Assembly: GCA_963823665.1 (NCBI GenBank)
Contig: CAWGMQ010000010.1
Location: 1,984,001-2,048,000 of the forward strand
Source: an uncultured Planctomycetota bacterium
GTDB taxonomy: Bacteria; Planctomycetota; Planctomycetia; Isosphaerales; Isosphaeraceae
Direction of reading: 5' to 3'
Length of the DNA: 64,000 nt
A model generated the notes under the pieces. The model searched no databases and was not told the DNA's origin. It saw only the letters and a program-made list of their open reading frames with translations. This document shows, in pieces, positions 40,016-50,828 of the stretch. The position numbers and the translations under genes are program-made. Each line of letters opens with the position of its first letter. Within the stretch, counting starts at the first letter, position 1.

Positions 40016-40480
40016 GAGCGGCCGTCGCGGAATCTCTGGCTTCGCGCCTCACTCGGGTGTTCACTCGCGCTCGGGTGCCTGGGCTGCCATGATGCCCTGG
40101 GCCCGGAGAAGATGATCACAACGACCGTGCAGGGAACTGTCACGCAGGCGGGCAAGCCGCTCTCGCGAGGCTGGGTCGAATTCATCCCCATTGACGGCAC
40201 CGTGGGCCGAATGCGTTCGGCACGCATCCAGAAGGATGGTTCCTTTCATGCCACGAAAGTCCCGGTGGGCTTCAACTTGATTCGTCTGGTCAACGCGGAC
40301 ATCGAGAATGACGAGCTGCGGCGCGGCCTGGGCTCGTTCGGTTCGCCGATCCGGCGCACGATTGCCGAGAAGCCAGGCGGTGACCGCGTTCTGATCGACG
40401 TCATCGACGAGTACAAGAAGGCCGCCACCGCCAAGCTGCGCAGCGGAGGCGGGCTCGCCGAGCCGAGGCCATCGCGATGA
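40012..40480 (+). CDS. Small lipoprotein (carboxypeptidase-regulatory-like beta sandwich), frameshift ~40025
   Basis: ATGA overlap with the upstream gene; lipobox-like LGCLGC; VQGTVTQAGKPLSRGWVEFIP..IQKDGSF. Confidence 0.7.
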
Positions 40481-41538
40481 GCGGCGATGCCCACGCAGCG
40501 GAGGCGGGGCCCACCGTCGCGCTCTTGAGCGCTGGAACCGTTTTCAAGCTGGTTTACCGTGACGGCAAGGGCGTCTTCCATGCCGATTGGCCCCGAGATT
40601 CCATCGACGACGCGCTTGCCGACAGCGCCGGTCTGATCTGGGTCGATATCCTCGGGCCGGAGGAGCACGCCAGCCCTGCGCTAGAGGACTGGCTTTGCCG
40701 GCACTTTCAGTTCCATCACCTGGCCGTCGAAGACGCGCTGGCTGAGTCGCACATCGCCAAGGTCGACGACTGGGGAGAATACCTCTACATCGTCTTCCAC
40801 GTTGCCGGCTTCGAGCCCAACTCGGACAAGCTCGATCTCCACGAGCTCGATATTTTCCTCGGGCCCAACTACCTGGTCACGTACCACACCGCGCCGCTCG
40901 AGATTCTCGATCAGGATCGCAAGATCATCATGCGCGACCCCCGAGATCGCCTGCGCAACGGCGCAGACCATCTGCTCTATCGGTTCCTCGAGCTGGCGAT
41001 CGATCGGTCGCTGTTCGCGATCGAGCATCTCGACGAAAAGATCGATCAAATCCAGAACGCCGTGATCGAGAACGCGAGCACGCAGTCACTGCGGGCGATC
41101 TTTCGGCTCAAGCGTGCCGCCCTCTTGCTCCACAAGGCGCTCTCTCCCCAGCGCGAGGTGCTCACCCGGTTGGCCCGCGATCCGTTCAAGCCCGTCCAGG
41201 CGAAGCACCGCGTGTACTTTCGCGACCTCTACGACCACGTGGTGCGAATTCACGATATTTCCGAGAGCCTGCGCGATCTGATCGCAGGAGCGGTCGAGAC
41301 GTACCTCTCGGTCGTCTCCAACCGCACCAACGAGATCATGAAGGCGCTGACAATCGCCACGGTCATGTTCCTGCCGATGACGTTTCTGGTCGGCTTCTTC
41401 GGCATGAACTTTTTCGGCGACAACCTGGCTTTCACCAATCCGCTGCCCAAAGCCTTGCTCTTCTGGGGCAGCGCCGCGATCATGGCAGTATCGCCCTGTT
41501 TCATCTGGATTTATGCGCGGCGCCGCAAGTGGTTCTAG
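40477..41538 (+). CDS. corA: Mg2+/Co2+ transporter
   Basis: HHLAVED, NEIMKALT, GFFGMNF signature. Confidence 0.95.
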   Translation: MSGDAHAAEAGPTVALLSAGTVFKLVYRDGKGVFHADWPRDSIDDALADSAGLIWVDILGPEEHASPALEDWLCRHFQFHHLAVEDALAESHIAKVDDWGEYLYIVFHVAGFEPNSDKLDLHELDIFLGPNYLVTYHTAPLEILDQDRKIIMRDPRDRLRNGADHLLYRFLELAIDRSLFAIEHLDEKIDQIQNAVIENASTQSLRAIFRLKRAALLLHKALSPQREVLTRLARDPFKPVQAKHRVYFRDLYDHVVRIHDISESLRDLIAGAVETYLSVVSNRTNEIMKALTIATVMFLPMTFLVGFFGMNFFGDNLAFTNPLPKALLFWGSAAIMAVSPCFIWIYARRRKWF

Positions 41539-41564
41539 AAGGCCCGCAGATCGGTCGCTTTTTT

Positions 41565-43333
41565 GTGACAGCCAGAGCCTTCCGACCCACCCGCTGGCGA
41601 CTCAAGCCGTTCGATGCCGGGCGCATCGAGAGCTTGAGTCGAAGCGCCCGGCTTTCGCCCCTGGTCGCGCAGTTGCTGATCAATCGCGGCATCGACGACC
41701 CGGCCCGGGCCACCGCATTCCTCGAAGCCAAGATGGGGGCTCTGCACGACCCGGAGCTTCTGCCGGGCGCCAGGCGGGCTGCGGAACGGATCGTGAGTGC
41801 CATTCACGAGCGCCGCAAAATCGTGATCTACGGCGACTACGATGTCGACGGTGTGTGTGGCACCAGCGTTCTCTGGGCGTGCCTTCGTCTGGCGGGCGCC
41901 ACGGAGCTCGATTATTACATTCCGCACCGTGTCGAGGAGGGCTACGGCGTCAACGCCGAGGCCCTGCGCCGGCTCACAACGGAGGAGAAGGCTTCACTGA
42001 TCGTGACGGTCGACTGCGGAATTTCCGCGGTCCAGGAGGCCGAGCTCGCGCGAAGCCTGGGGCTCGAGCTGATCATCACCGACCATCACACGCTGGGGCC
42101 GGAGCTTCCCGCAGCGGCCGAGATCGTTCACCCGCGTCTGCCCGGCAGCGCGTATCCCTCGGGTGATCTCTGCGGCGCGGGCGTCGCGTTCAAGCTGGCG
42201 TGGCAGGTCTGCAAGTCATTTGGCGACGGCAAGCGCGCATCTCCGCATATGCGCAACTTTCTGGTCGGCTCGCTTGGTCTGGTCGCGCTGGCGACGATCG
42301 CTGACGTTGTGCCTCTTTCTGATGAGAACCGAATCATCGTGCGACACGGCCTGGCAGCCATTTCCGCCGAGCCCAGCGCCGGCCTGCGTGCTCTCATGGA
42401 AATCAGCGGCTCACTGGGCAAGAAGCGTCTGACGGCGGGAATGGTCGGGTTCGGCATGGCGCCCGCATCAACGCGGCCGGCCGGCTCGAGCGCGCGATGA
42501 TGGCCGTGAAGCTGCTGACGACCGATGATCTTGAGCAGGCGCGAACGATCGCCTCGGTGCTCGATTCGTGCAACACGCGCCGCCAGGAAGTGGAGCGCCA
42601 GATCCTGGACGAAGCGCGGCGAATGATCGAGGACGAAGGGGGCCTGGGCGACCGGCGCTCGATCGTGCTGGCGCGCGAAGGCTGGCATGTCGGCGTGATT
42701 GGAATCGTCGCCGGCCGTCTGGCTGACATGTTTCATCGCCCCACGATCGTGATCTCGCTGGGTCCCGAGCAATCTCAAGGATCTGCGCGGTCCATTCCGG
42801 GTTTCGACGTGCATCAAGCAATCAAGGAGAGCTCCGAACATTTGCTCAATTTCGGCGGCCATCCGGCGGCGGCGGGGCTCAAGCTCAGGCAGGACCAGCT
42901 CGCGGATTTCACCCGCCGATTCGAGCAAAGCTGCCGCGCCACTCTCCAAGCGGAGCAGCTCGAGCGCGAGCTGGCGATCGATGCCGAGGTTCCCCTGGGC
43001 GCCTTGACGCTGCGCATCGTCGAGGAGATCGAGAAGCTCGAGCCGCACGGCATCGCCAATCCCCGGCCCATGCTTCTGGCCACCGGCCTTCAAATCGCCG
43101 CTGCACCAAGGGAAGTGGGTGCCCAGAGACAGCACTTGCAGCTCCGGTTGAAGCAAGGCCCGCACGAGCTGAAAGCCATCGGCTGGAACATGTCCGCAAA
43201 GGCAGGCTCCCTGCCCCCAGGCACGCGCTGCTCGGCGGTCTTCCACCCGACTATCAACGAATGGAACAATCGCCGCGACGTCCAGCTTGAAATCCGGGAT
43301 ATCGTGCCGGAGGAGGATGAATCTTTGTCCTAA
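41565..43333 (+). CDS. recJ: ssDNA exonuclease RecJ, frameshift ~42462
   Basis: YGDYDVDG, TVDCG, TDHH, ATIADVV, WHVGVIGIVAGRL, GSARS, GGHPAAAG. Confidence 0.93.
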
Positions 43334-43351
43334 TCCTAATCCTAATCCTAC
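43328..43351 (+). repeat. Hexamer microsatellite (TAATCC)3+
   Basis: TCC-TAATCC-TAATCC-TAATCC-TA covering the recJ stop codon. Confidence 0.75.
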
Positions 43352-43364
43352 TATTACTCCTCCC

Positions 43365-44345
43365 TCAGCTCCGCTTCACCCGTGCCCACCCGGCTGCCCC
43401 GATAAATCCTGCCTCGCCCCCGAGCTGGGCGTATTCAATCCGCGTCTTCGCTGCCGGAACTGGAAACGCCATCGCCCTCACTCCGCTGCGAATCTCTTCG
43501 AGAAACGCCTGTCCTGCGGCGATCATGCCACCGCCGAAGAGCACAATTTCCGGGTCGATGGTGTGCATGAGCGAAACCGCTCCAACCGCCAGGTAATGCG
43601 CCGTCTCGCTCATGAGCTGCTTGGCGATCGCGTCGCCCGCCACGGCCGCGGAGTTGATCGCGCGGCTGGTGAGCTGTTCTCGCGCGATCGATCGCAATGA
43701 GCTGGGTGTCTCGTTGGCTTCGAGCCGCTCGACGGCGCGTTTGACCACGGACGTGGCCGAAGCGTACGCCTCGAGATGCCCGAGCTGTCCGCAACTGCAC
43801 CGCCGTCCGTTCTCGGCCTCAATGATGATATGGCCGCACTCGCCGCCGTGGCTGTGGCGCCCCTGAATGATGTGGCCGCCGATCACGATTCCGCCGCCGA
43901 CACCCGTGCCCAGGGTGAACATCACCAGGCTGTGCGCATTCCGGCCTGCGCCGACCCAGTATTCACCGTATGCTGCGGCGTTGCCGTCGTTCTGAAGCAC
44001 GACCGGCTTTCGGAGCCGCTCGGCGAGCAACCGGCAGATCGGCAGGTTATCCCACCCGGGCAGGTTAGGAGGCTCGAGTAGCATGCCGGCGTCAAGGTCC
44101 ATCGTTCCGGGTGACCCCAAGCCCACCGCGGCGATGCGGTCCCAGTCGAGCCCGGCTTCCTGCACGGCCTTCTTGCCGGCGGCAACCAGGTTGTCGACGC
44201 CGACGACCGGCCCGTGGTCGGCCTGGGTCGCAATGCTGATTGAAGACAGCGGCCGGCCTTTGTCGTCGACCACCCCGCTCTTGATGTTCGTTCCGCCCAG
44301 GTCGATGCCGAGGAAATAGGGAGGCGAGGTGTGGCCGGCATCCAT
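43365..44345 (-). CDS. ROK-family sugar kinase (glucokinase-like)
   Basis: GIDLGGT, NDGNAAA, TLGTGVGGG, GECGH, CSCGQLGHLE. Confidence 0.92.
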   Translation of the reverse strand: MDAGHTSPPYFLGIDLGGTNIKSGVVDDKGRPLSSISIATQADHGPVVGVDNLVAAGKKAVQEAGLDWDRIAAVGLGSPGTMDLDAGMLLEPPNLPGWDNLPICRLLAERLRKPVVLQNDGNAAAYGEYWVGAGRNAHSLVMFTLGTGVGGGIVIGGHIIQGRHSHGGECGHIIIEAENGRRCSCGQLGHLEAYASATSVVKRAVERLEANETPSSLRSIAREQLTSRAINSAAVAGDAIAKQLMSETAHYLAVGAVSLMHTIDPEIVLFGGGMIAAGQAFLEEIRSGVRAMAFPVPAAKTRIEYAQLGGEAGFIGAAGWARVKRS

Positions 44346-44490
44346 CAAAGTGTACCTGGCGACGTGGCTAAGGCTGCGGTGAATCAGAGTTCGTTGAATC
44401 AAGAACAATTTACGGATTCGAGCGCGATCGGTCAACGGCGCGGGAGCTTTCGTGTTTTGACGCGGCGCATGTCGGGTTCACAGGTTAAAC

Positions 44491-44529
44491 TATGCGGAAT
44501 ACGATCGCGGGCGATGGAAGATCGGCTGA
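44491..44529 (+). pseudogene. Last codons of a HigB-like toxin
   Basis: YAEYDRGRWKIG* resembles the HigB C-terminal 'HAEYD.G.WK', 18 bp upstream of higA. Confidence 0.55.
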
Positions 44530-44547
44530 ATGGGAGGAAGGCGAATC

Positions 44548-45015
44548 ATGCCCAAGCACCCAAAAAAGGTCGTTCTGAAGGGCGAGGATGACCGCTACAT
44601 CCGGCTCGTCCGACAACTTCGACTCCGTCCGATCAGCACGGACGTCGAGCTGGACCGAGCCATCGCGATGATCGACTCGTTGATCAGTCGAGCCGAGCTT
44701 CAGCCCGACGAGGAGGATTACCTCGATGTTCTGAGCGATCTGGTCCACCGATATGAGGCCGAGCAGGATCCGAGCGAGCCGGTTTCCGACTCGGAAATGA
44801 TCCGGTTCTTGCTTCAGTCGAATGAAATGACCCAAGTAGAACTGGCCCAGCGGAGCAAGATCGCCAGCTCGACAATCTCGGAAATCCTGGCGGAGAGACG
44901 TAAGCTGAGCCGCCGGCACATCGCGGCGGTTTCGCGCGTCTTCCGTGTTAGCCCCGCGGTCTTCTTCTCCGAGGCGATTGAAATGACGCCTGAACGAGCA
45001 GCGGAGATCATGTGA
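44548..45015 (+). CDS. higA: HigA-like antitoxin (HTH-XRE)
   Basis: LRPI..ELDRAIAMIDSL..YLDVLSDLVHRYE..TQVELA..SSTISEIL..RKLS. Confidence 0.85.
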   Translation: MPKHPKKVVLKGEDDRYIRLVRQLRLRPISTDVELDRAIAMIDSLISRAELQPDEEDYLDVLSDLVHRYEAEQDPSEPVSDSEMIRFLLQSNEMTQVELAQRSKIASSTISEILAERRKLSRRHIAAVSRVFRVSPAVFFSEAIEMTPERAAEIM

Positions 45016-45172
45016 GCTCGTCGACGAAGCCATCCAAACGACGTGTGGCCTGCGGTGAGGGATCACCGAAGAGCACCGACGTCCGTGGTTGGTGCTCTGT
45101 GCTTGATCTGATAAGATGGTGATAAGCTTTAGCGGGATAAGTGGCACTTAGGTCCCTGGGGCGTACCGAACA

Positions 45173-45415
45173 ATGGCGACTGTGGAACAAGTTCGACGCG
45201 CGATGCACCGCCAGCCATTTCGGCCGTTCTTCATCAAGCTCGCCGATGGCACGGCTTACCACGTGAGACATCCCGATTTCGTCGCCGTCACGCACCGAAG
45301 CGAGCTGGTGTTTGTGGGCGATGATGAGGGTTTCCACGAAATCGACATGAGGCTTGTTGCCGAGATTGAAACGCCCGCTCCGACATCGACGCAGAGAGAG
45401 TCGCAGGATGAATGA
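45173..45415 (+). CDS. Small conserved hypothetical protein ('PFRPF.I.LADG' family)
   Basis: Paralog of 25714-25959. Confidence 0.75.
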   Translation: MATVEQVRRAMHRQPFRPFFIKLADGTAYHVRHPDFVAVTHRSELVFVGDDEGFHEIDMRLVAEIETPAPTSTQRESQDE

Positions 45416-45470
45416 AATGTAGTTCCGTCTGATTGCGCGAGAAACCCATTCGGCTCGGAGCACGACTGCA

Positions 45471-46478
45471 ATGCCGCACACGTCGGTTCCACTTTACTCG
45501 GCCCCTCATCGCGAGCGCTCGCCCGGTCTTTCCCGTCGCGCGTGCATCGCCCGCACAATCTGTGGGATCGTCGGAATTCCCCTGCTTACTCGCATCTCGT
45601 TGTCAGGCGAAGCAGTTGCAGTGGTCGATGACGCCGCAGAAATCGCCGAAGTAAAGGCCCTGGGAAAGAAAGCTGGCCTGGCACCGTTCTCGGATGCCCC
45701 GTCCAAGCACTTCCTGGGACTGGGAGATGCCAGCCCAGTCTATAGCAAGGACGCACTCACGATTTGCGAAGCACTGGCTCCGGAGTTTCTCTCGCACTTC
45801 CGCGATCGGGGTTTCAAGCTCGCGCTGCCGCCGAACCGAATGACGGTCATCACTCTCAAGGACGCTGCGTCTTATCGTGCGTTTCTCGGCGAAGACAAGG
45901 GTGCAGCGGTTGGTGGCCATTATGATCTCGAGACCAATCGGCTGGTTGTGTTCGACAATCGGGGCACGGACGAGGAACTTCCCGACAGTCCCGAGCGCGT
46001 AAATCGTTTTACCCTAACGCACGAGGCTCTGCACTTGCTGTCGTATAATACGGGCCTCCTCTCCCGGCAACGGGACGTGCCCGCTTGCATTAGCGAAGGC
46101 TTGGCGACTTACGGCGAGCTCTGGCAATACAAGGGCAAGACCAAGATCGGGACGACCAATGGCGCCAGGCTCCGGGCGCTGACTGACCCACGCGCCGGCG
46201 GCGGCAGCTGGATTCCGATCCCGGAGCTGCTGGCCAATGACGCCTACTTCAACGACGACAAAACGGCGCAGCTCGCTTACGCCGAGGCGTGGGCGCTGGT
46301 GCACTATCTGCTCAGGCGAGATTCTAAGCAGCTCGCGAAGTTTCACTCCTATCTCGACAAGCTTCCGCCGCTGCAGGACGCGGCCAAGCGGCTCAAGATC
46401 GCCGAAGCCGAGCTAGGCTCACTCGAGGCGCTCGACAAGGAGGTCAAACGCCACGCCAAGGAGCAGCTCCGCAAGTGA
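45471..46478 (+). CDS. DUF1570-like gluzincin peptidase-fold protein, Tat-like signal
   Basis: LSRRAC signal; THEALH plus SEGLATY; YAEAWALVHYL. Confidence 0.8.
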   Translation: MPHTSVPLYSAPHRERSPGLSRRACIARTICGIVGIPLLTRISLSGEAVAVVDDAAEIAEVKALGKKAGLAPFSDAPSKHFLGLGDASPVYSKDALTICEALAPEFLSHFRDRGFKLALPPNRMTVITLKDAASYRAFLGEDKGAAVGGHYDLETNRLVVFDNRGTDEELPDSPERVNRFTLTHEALHLLSYNTGLLSRQRDVPACISEGLATYGELWQYKGKTKIGTTNGARLRALTDPRAGGGSWIPIPELLANDAYFNDDKTAQLAYAEAWALVHYLLRRDSKQLAKFHSYLDKLPPLQDAAKRLKIAEAELGSLEALDKEVKRHAKEQLRK

Positions 46479-46503
46479 AAATGAGTTTCGACGAAGCGCT
46501 TGC

Positions 46504-48458
46504 TCAGCCGAGCACCGGGTTGAGCCCCATGTTCTTGCGCATCTCGGCCCGCTGCTTCTCGTAGTGCATGAGCAGCTTGCGGTCGCGGAAGTGCTGTCGT
46601 TCCTTCTTCCGCTGCGCGGCCACGAACATCCGACGCATGGCCACGCTGGTCAACTCGCCTTTGCCGCGCAGCCGCTTGCGGATGCGCGCTGCGCGCTTTT
46701 CGCCGAACGCTTCGACGATCTCGTCGTCGACCGAAATGAAGAACTGCGCGAGGCCCGGGTCTCCTTGGCGTGCGCAGCGGCCGGCGAGCTGGCGGTCGAT
46801 TCGCCGGGCCTCATGCCGTTCGGTGCCGATGACGTGCAGCCCGCCCAGCTCGGCAACGTCGTCGCCCAGCTTGATGTCGGTCCCGCGGCCGGCCATGTTG
46901 GTGGCGACCGTCACGCGGCCCTTCTGCCCTGCCTGCGCGACGATCTGGGCCTCGATCTCGTGGTTCTTGGCGTTCAAGATCTGGTGTTCGATTCCCTGCG
47001 CCTCGAGCAATGCGCTGAGCCGCTCGGATTTCTCGATCGACCGCGTGCCCACCAGCACCGGCACTCCTTGCTTGTTCCATTCGACGATCTGGTTCGCGAC
47101 CGCCTGGAAGCCTTCGTCGATGGTCGAGAAGACCCGATCGGGCAGCCAGACCCGCTGGCAGGCACGATTGGTGGGCACCTTGAAGACGCCGACCTTGTAG
47201 ATCCGGCGCAGCTCGGCGGCATCGGAAGAGGCCGTTCCGGTCATCCCCGCCAGCTTGGTATAACGCTTGAAGAAGTCTTGAACCGTCACTCGCGCGGCCG
47301 TGATCGTCTCGAGGGTGATCTCGAGCCGCTCCTTGGCCTGGATCGCCTGGTGCAGACCGTCTTGCCACTGGCGACCGGGCATCATACGTCCGGTGAATTC
47401 GTCGACGATCACGATCTCGCCGTCGACGGCGACATAATCGCGGTCCTTGAGATAGGCGATCTGGGCTCGCAGCGATCGCTCGACATATTCATAGAGGCCG
47501 TCAACCGTGAGCGAAACGAACGCGGGGTTGGCTGCAACCGCCTGGATCTTGCGCCGGCCGGCCGCCGATAGCTCGGCCTTCCGCTCGAGCGGGTCGTACT
47601 TGTAGTCCTTGACGCGCACCAGCGTCGCGGCAAGCTGGTCGGCTCCGTAATAAGCGGCGGCCTCCTCCTGGGTGGGCTGATTATTCGCTCCGATGATCAG
47701 CGGCGTACGTGCCTCGTCGATCAGGATGCTGTCGGCCTCGTCGACGATCGCATAGTTGTGCGTGCGCTGGACGGGCATCTGCGACTCGACGGCGCCACCC
47801 TGGCCGAGATAAGACCTGTTCAAACGTCTTGCGGTGCGCGTCGCCGCCAAGCTGGAGACGCTTCAGCTCGTCGCGCAGGAAGTCGAAACCCAGCTCCTTG
47901 GCCGTGCCGTAGGTGATGTCGCAGGCGTAGGCAGCGCGGCGCGACCGGGTCGGTCTGGCCGGTCTGAATGCAGCCGACGGTCAAACCCAGCGTGCGGTAG
48001 ATCGGACCCATCCATTCGGCGTCGCGGCGGGCCAGGTAGTCGTTGACGGTGACGATATGCACGCCCTTGCCGGTCAGTGCGTTCAAGAACGCCGGCATGG
48101 TCGAGACCAGCGTTTTCCCTTCACCGGTTTCGAGCTCGGCGATGCAGCGGTAGTGGATCGCGATGCCGCCCAAGACCTGAACGTCAAACTGTCGCTGGCC
48201 GATCGATCGTTTTGCCGATTCGCGAACCAGGGCAAACGCTTCCGGCAGCAGGCTGTTGAGCGAATCACCCTGCCTGGCCCGGAGCGTCAGTTCATGGGCC
48301 TTGGACGCGAGCTGCTCGGGCGTGCACACCTCGAGCAAGGGCTCGAGCGCATTCACGCGATCCACCATGCCGGAATACCGGCCCAGCCGGCCCGCATGGG
48401 TGGGACCGGCGAGTTGCTGAACACGATTCAACCAGGACGGGCCCAGGCGGTTGGCCAT
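46504..48458 (-). CDS. secA: Short SecA paralog (about 650 aa), frameshifts ~47945 and ~47815
   Basis: [75 protein letters not shown]; ends soon after NBD2. Confidence 0.88.
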
Positions 48459-48459
48459 G

Positions 48460-49692
48460 GTGCAGTCAGGCTCCTCTTGGAGTTCTCAGATTCACTCAGA
48501 AGCGGGGCAAGATCGCGGTGCATTGGCCGGGCCGCCCCGCGGCCGCGCAACATCTTACTCAACCTTAACAGGACAGCCAAACTGGCGTCTTGTCCCGAGA
48601 CATTCCCGTCGGTAGCCGGCCGCTCCAGGGCAGCCGGCCTACCTGCGTCATGGCCGGCTCGGTGTGCCGGGGATGATGTGTTCGAGGGCATCGATGCGCG
48701 AGCCCCTTGGCCGTGAAGTCCCAGTAGTCGCCGTCCGGGAGAGTGTGGTCGATCGCCAGACCACTCCACCTGAGCAGAATCTGCCACTTCTCCTCTGCGG
48801 TAGACTCCCGGGGCCCTTCCGAGCCTGGGGGGCGTCCCCAGCAGAAGGACAGTTCCCTCGGAATTCACCATGAACAGGCCGCGTCCGGCGAATTCCGTCA
48901 CGATGATCTGGATCATCCGCAGCGATCTGGAGACGTTCGTGTGATCACTACCGACTCGCTCCTTGAGGAAGCGGGCCAGACGCGCCGCGGCGACGATTCG
49001 CTCGTCAACCCGCTCGACGTCTTGACCGGCCGACTTCGACTTCCACACCACGCCCGCGCGGGAATCGGCGGGACTGCCCGGCTCGAGCCCGGTGATCTGA
49101 ATGAGCGGCCCCGCCAACTCCACGTCGACATCATCCGACGGCAACAGCCGCCCCTCGCCATCGATGATTTGCTGCGTCTTCTCGACCTTCACCCACGCGA
49201 CCGGCTCGCGAAACTTCAACTCGACCGCAATTCGACCTGGGCCGAACGTCACCCTGGTCACTTCCTCGACCCACGGCTCGAGCTTGAAAGCGGTCGCGAT
49301 CCGCTCGGGCCGAACTTCTAGCAGTGAGATCGATTCCGCATTTCCCGAGCTACGCTGGACCCGCGCAAGAAACTCACGTTTTCCACCGCGATACCAGCTT
49401 CGGAAGGTCCCGAACGAGTTGAATATCGCTGAACGCAAGCCGATACTGTGACTGGCGATGAAGCCACGCAACCGCGCCGCTCGTGGCGCGAGACAGCCCG
49501 TACACCAACGCCACGGCCACCACGACTAAGCCCAGCGACCGTGACGCCGAGCCGGACCGGGTCAACCCGAGCGCCGGCCACGGAACGGATCGAACGCGCG
49601 CAGACGCACCCCGTCCGCGGCATTCTCGACCGCGCACTGACCGAGCGGCGATCGCCCGCGCCGATTCGAGGAGGTTCGCGGTGTTCCATCAC
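48460..49692 (-). CDS. FtsQ/DivIB-like bitopic protein, several frameshifts
   Basis: Single [44 protein letters not shown]-like pattern; follows murB. Confidence 0.65.
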
Positions 49693-49772
49693 CTGAATGC
49701 CTCCGTCGTCTCGATCACTTGCATCAGACCGCCAGCATTCGAATTCGGGGGAGATTGTCAGAACAACCTATT

Positions 49773-50658
49773 TTACCAAATTTGGATCTGGAGTTCCAAT
49801 TCGTAGCCGAATTGTTGCCAGACGCGCTGGCGGATACGGTCGATAAGCTGGAGGACATCGGACGTCTTGGCGCCGGGGTGAGCGACGATGAAGTTGGCGT
49901 GCCGGTCCGATACCTCGGCGTCGCCGAAGCGGGTTCCCTTGAGCCCGGCCTGATCGATCAGCGTGCCGGCGGAGACGTCGGGCGCGGGGTTCTTGAAGAT
50001 ACAGCCGGAGAATTGATAGCCGTAGGGTTGATTCTCCTTCTTGACGATCCAGATCCGCCGCATCCGGCGGACGAGCGTTTCCGGATCCTCGGGTGCCAGC
50101 TCGAATTCCGCCGAGAGGATGACGGGCTCGTCGAGGTTGGAGTCGCGGTCGGCGAAATTGAGGTCGTCGCGCTCGCGCACCTGGATCTCATCGGCCAGGT
50201 CCAGCACCATGGCCCGGCGGACGAACTGGCCGATGGCACCCTGGCGGCTACCGGCGTTGCCGCGCAGGCGCTCCGCCAACGGTGCCGGGGATTCCGGTCA
50301 GGATCTCGAGCCCGGCCAGGCCCGCCCGCGCGGCTTGCGAGATCAGGGCGGTCAGAGGCACGGCCGCGCCCGCCTCGATCACGATTTTCTCGCACGACAC
50401 ACGTCGGAGAAAGACGGACTTTCCAGATGGATGACCAGCGCATCGATGCCCTCGTCGCGCACCAAAACGTTGGAGCCGCCGCCCAAGGATCTTGGCTGTG
50501 ATTCCCGCGGCCCGGCATCGTTTCAGGAGTGCGGCGAGCTCGTCGACCTGGCGCGGCCGTGCGAAGTACGTGGCCGGACCGCCGAGCCGAAACCACGCCA
50601 GGGGAGCCAGCGGCTCGTTCTTTCGGACGATGTCTCCGAAGTCGTCAAAAGGATCCAT
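49773..50658 (-). CDS. murB: UDP-N-acetylenolpyruvoylglucosamine reductase, frameshifts ~50480, ~50400, ~50275
   Basis: FRLGGPA, GLEILTGIPGTVGG, GNAG, GCIFKNP, SDRHANFIV, LELQIQIW. Confidence 0.92.
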
Positions 50659-50828
50659 CGGCTTTGAGACCTAAATCCATAAAGCACAAGATCGTAGCCT
50701 CAGATCGAACAGTCGTCAAGCGGGGTCGGCCGCCACGCGTTTCGCCGGCCAATGTGCTGAAATCATGGATGCTCCCAGGCTCCCATCTCGCAAACCGCCC
50801 GGAGAATGCTCGATCGCCGTCGCCGCTT

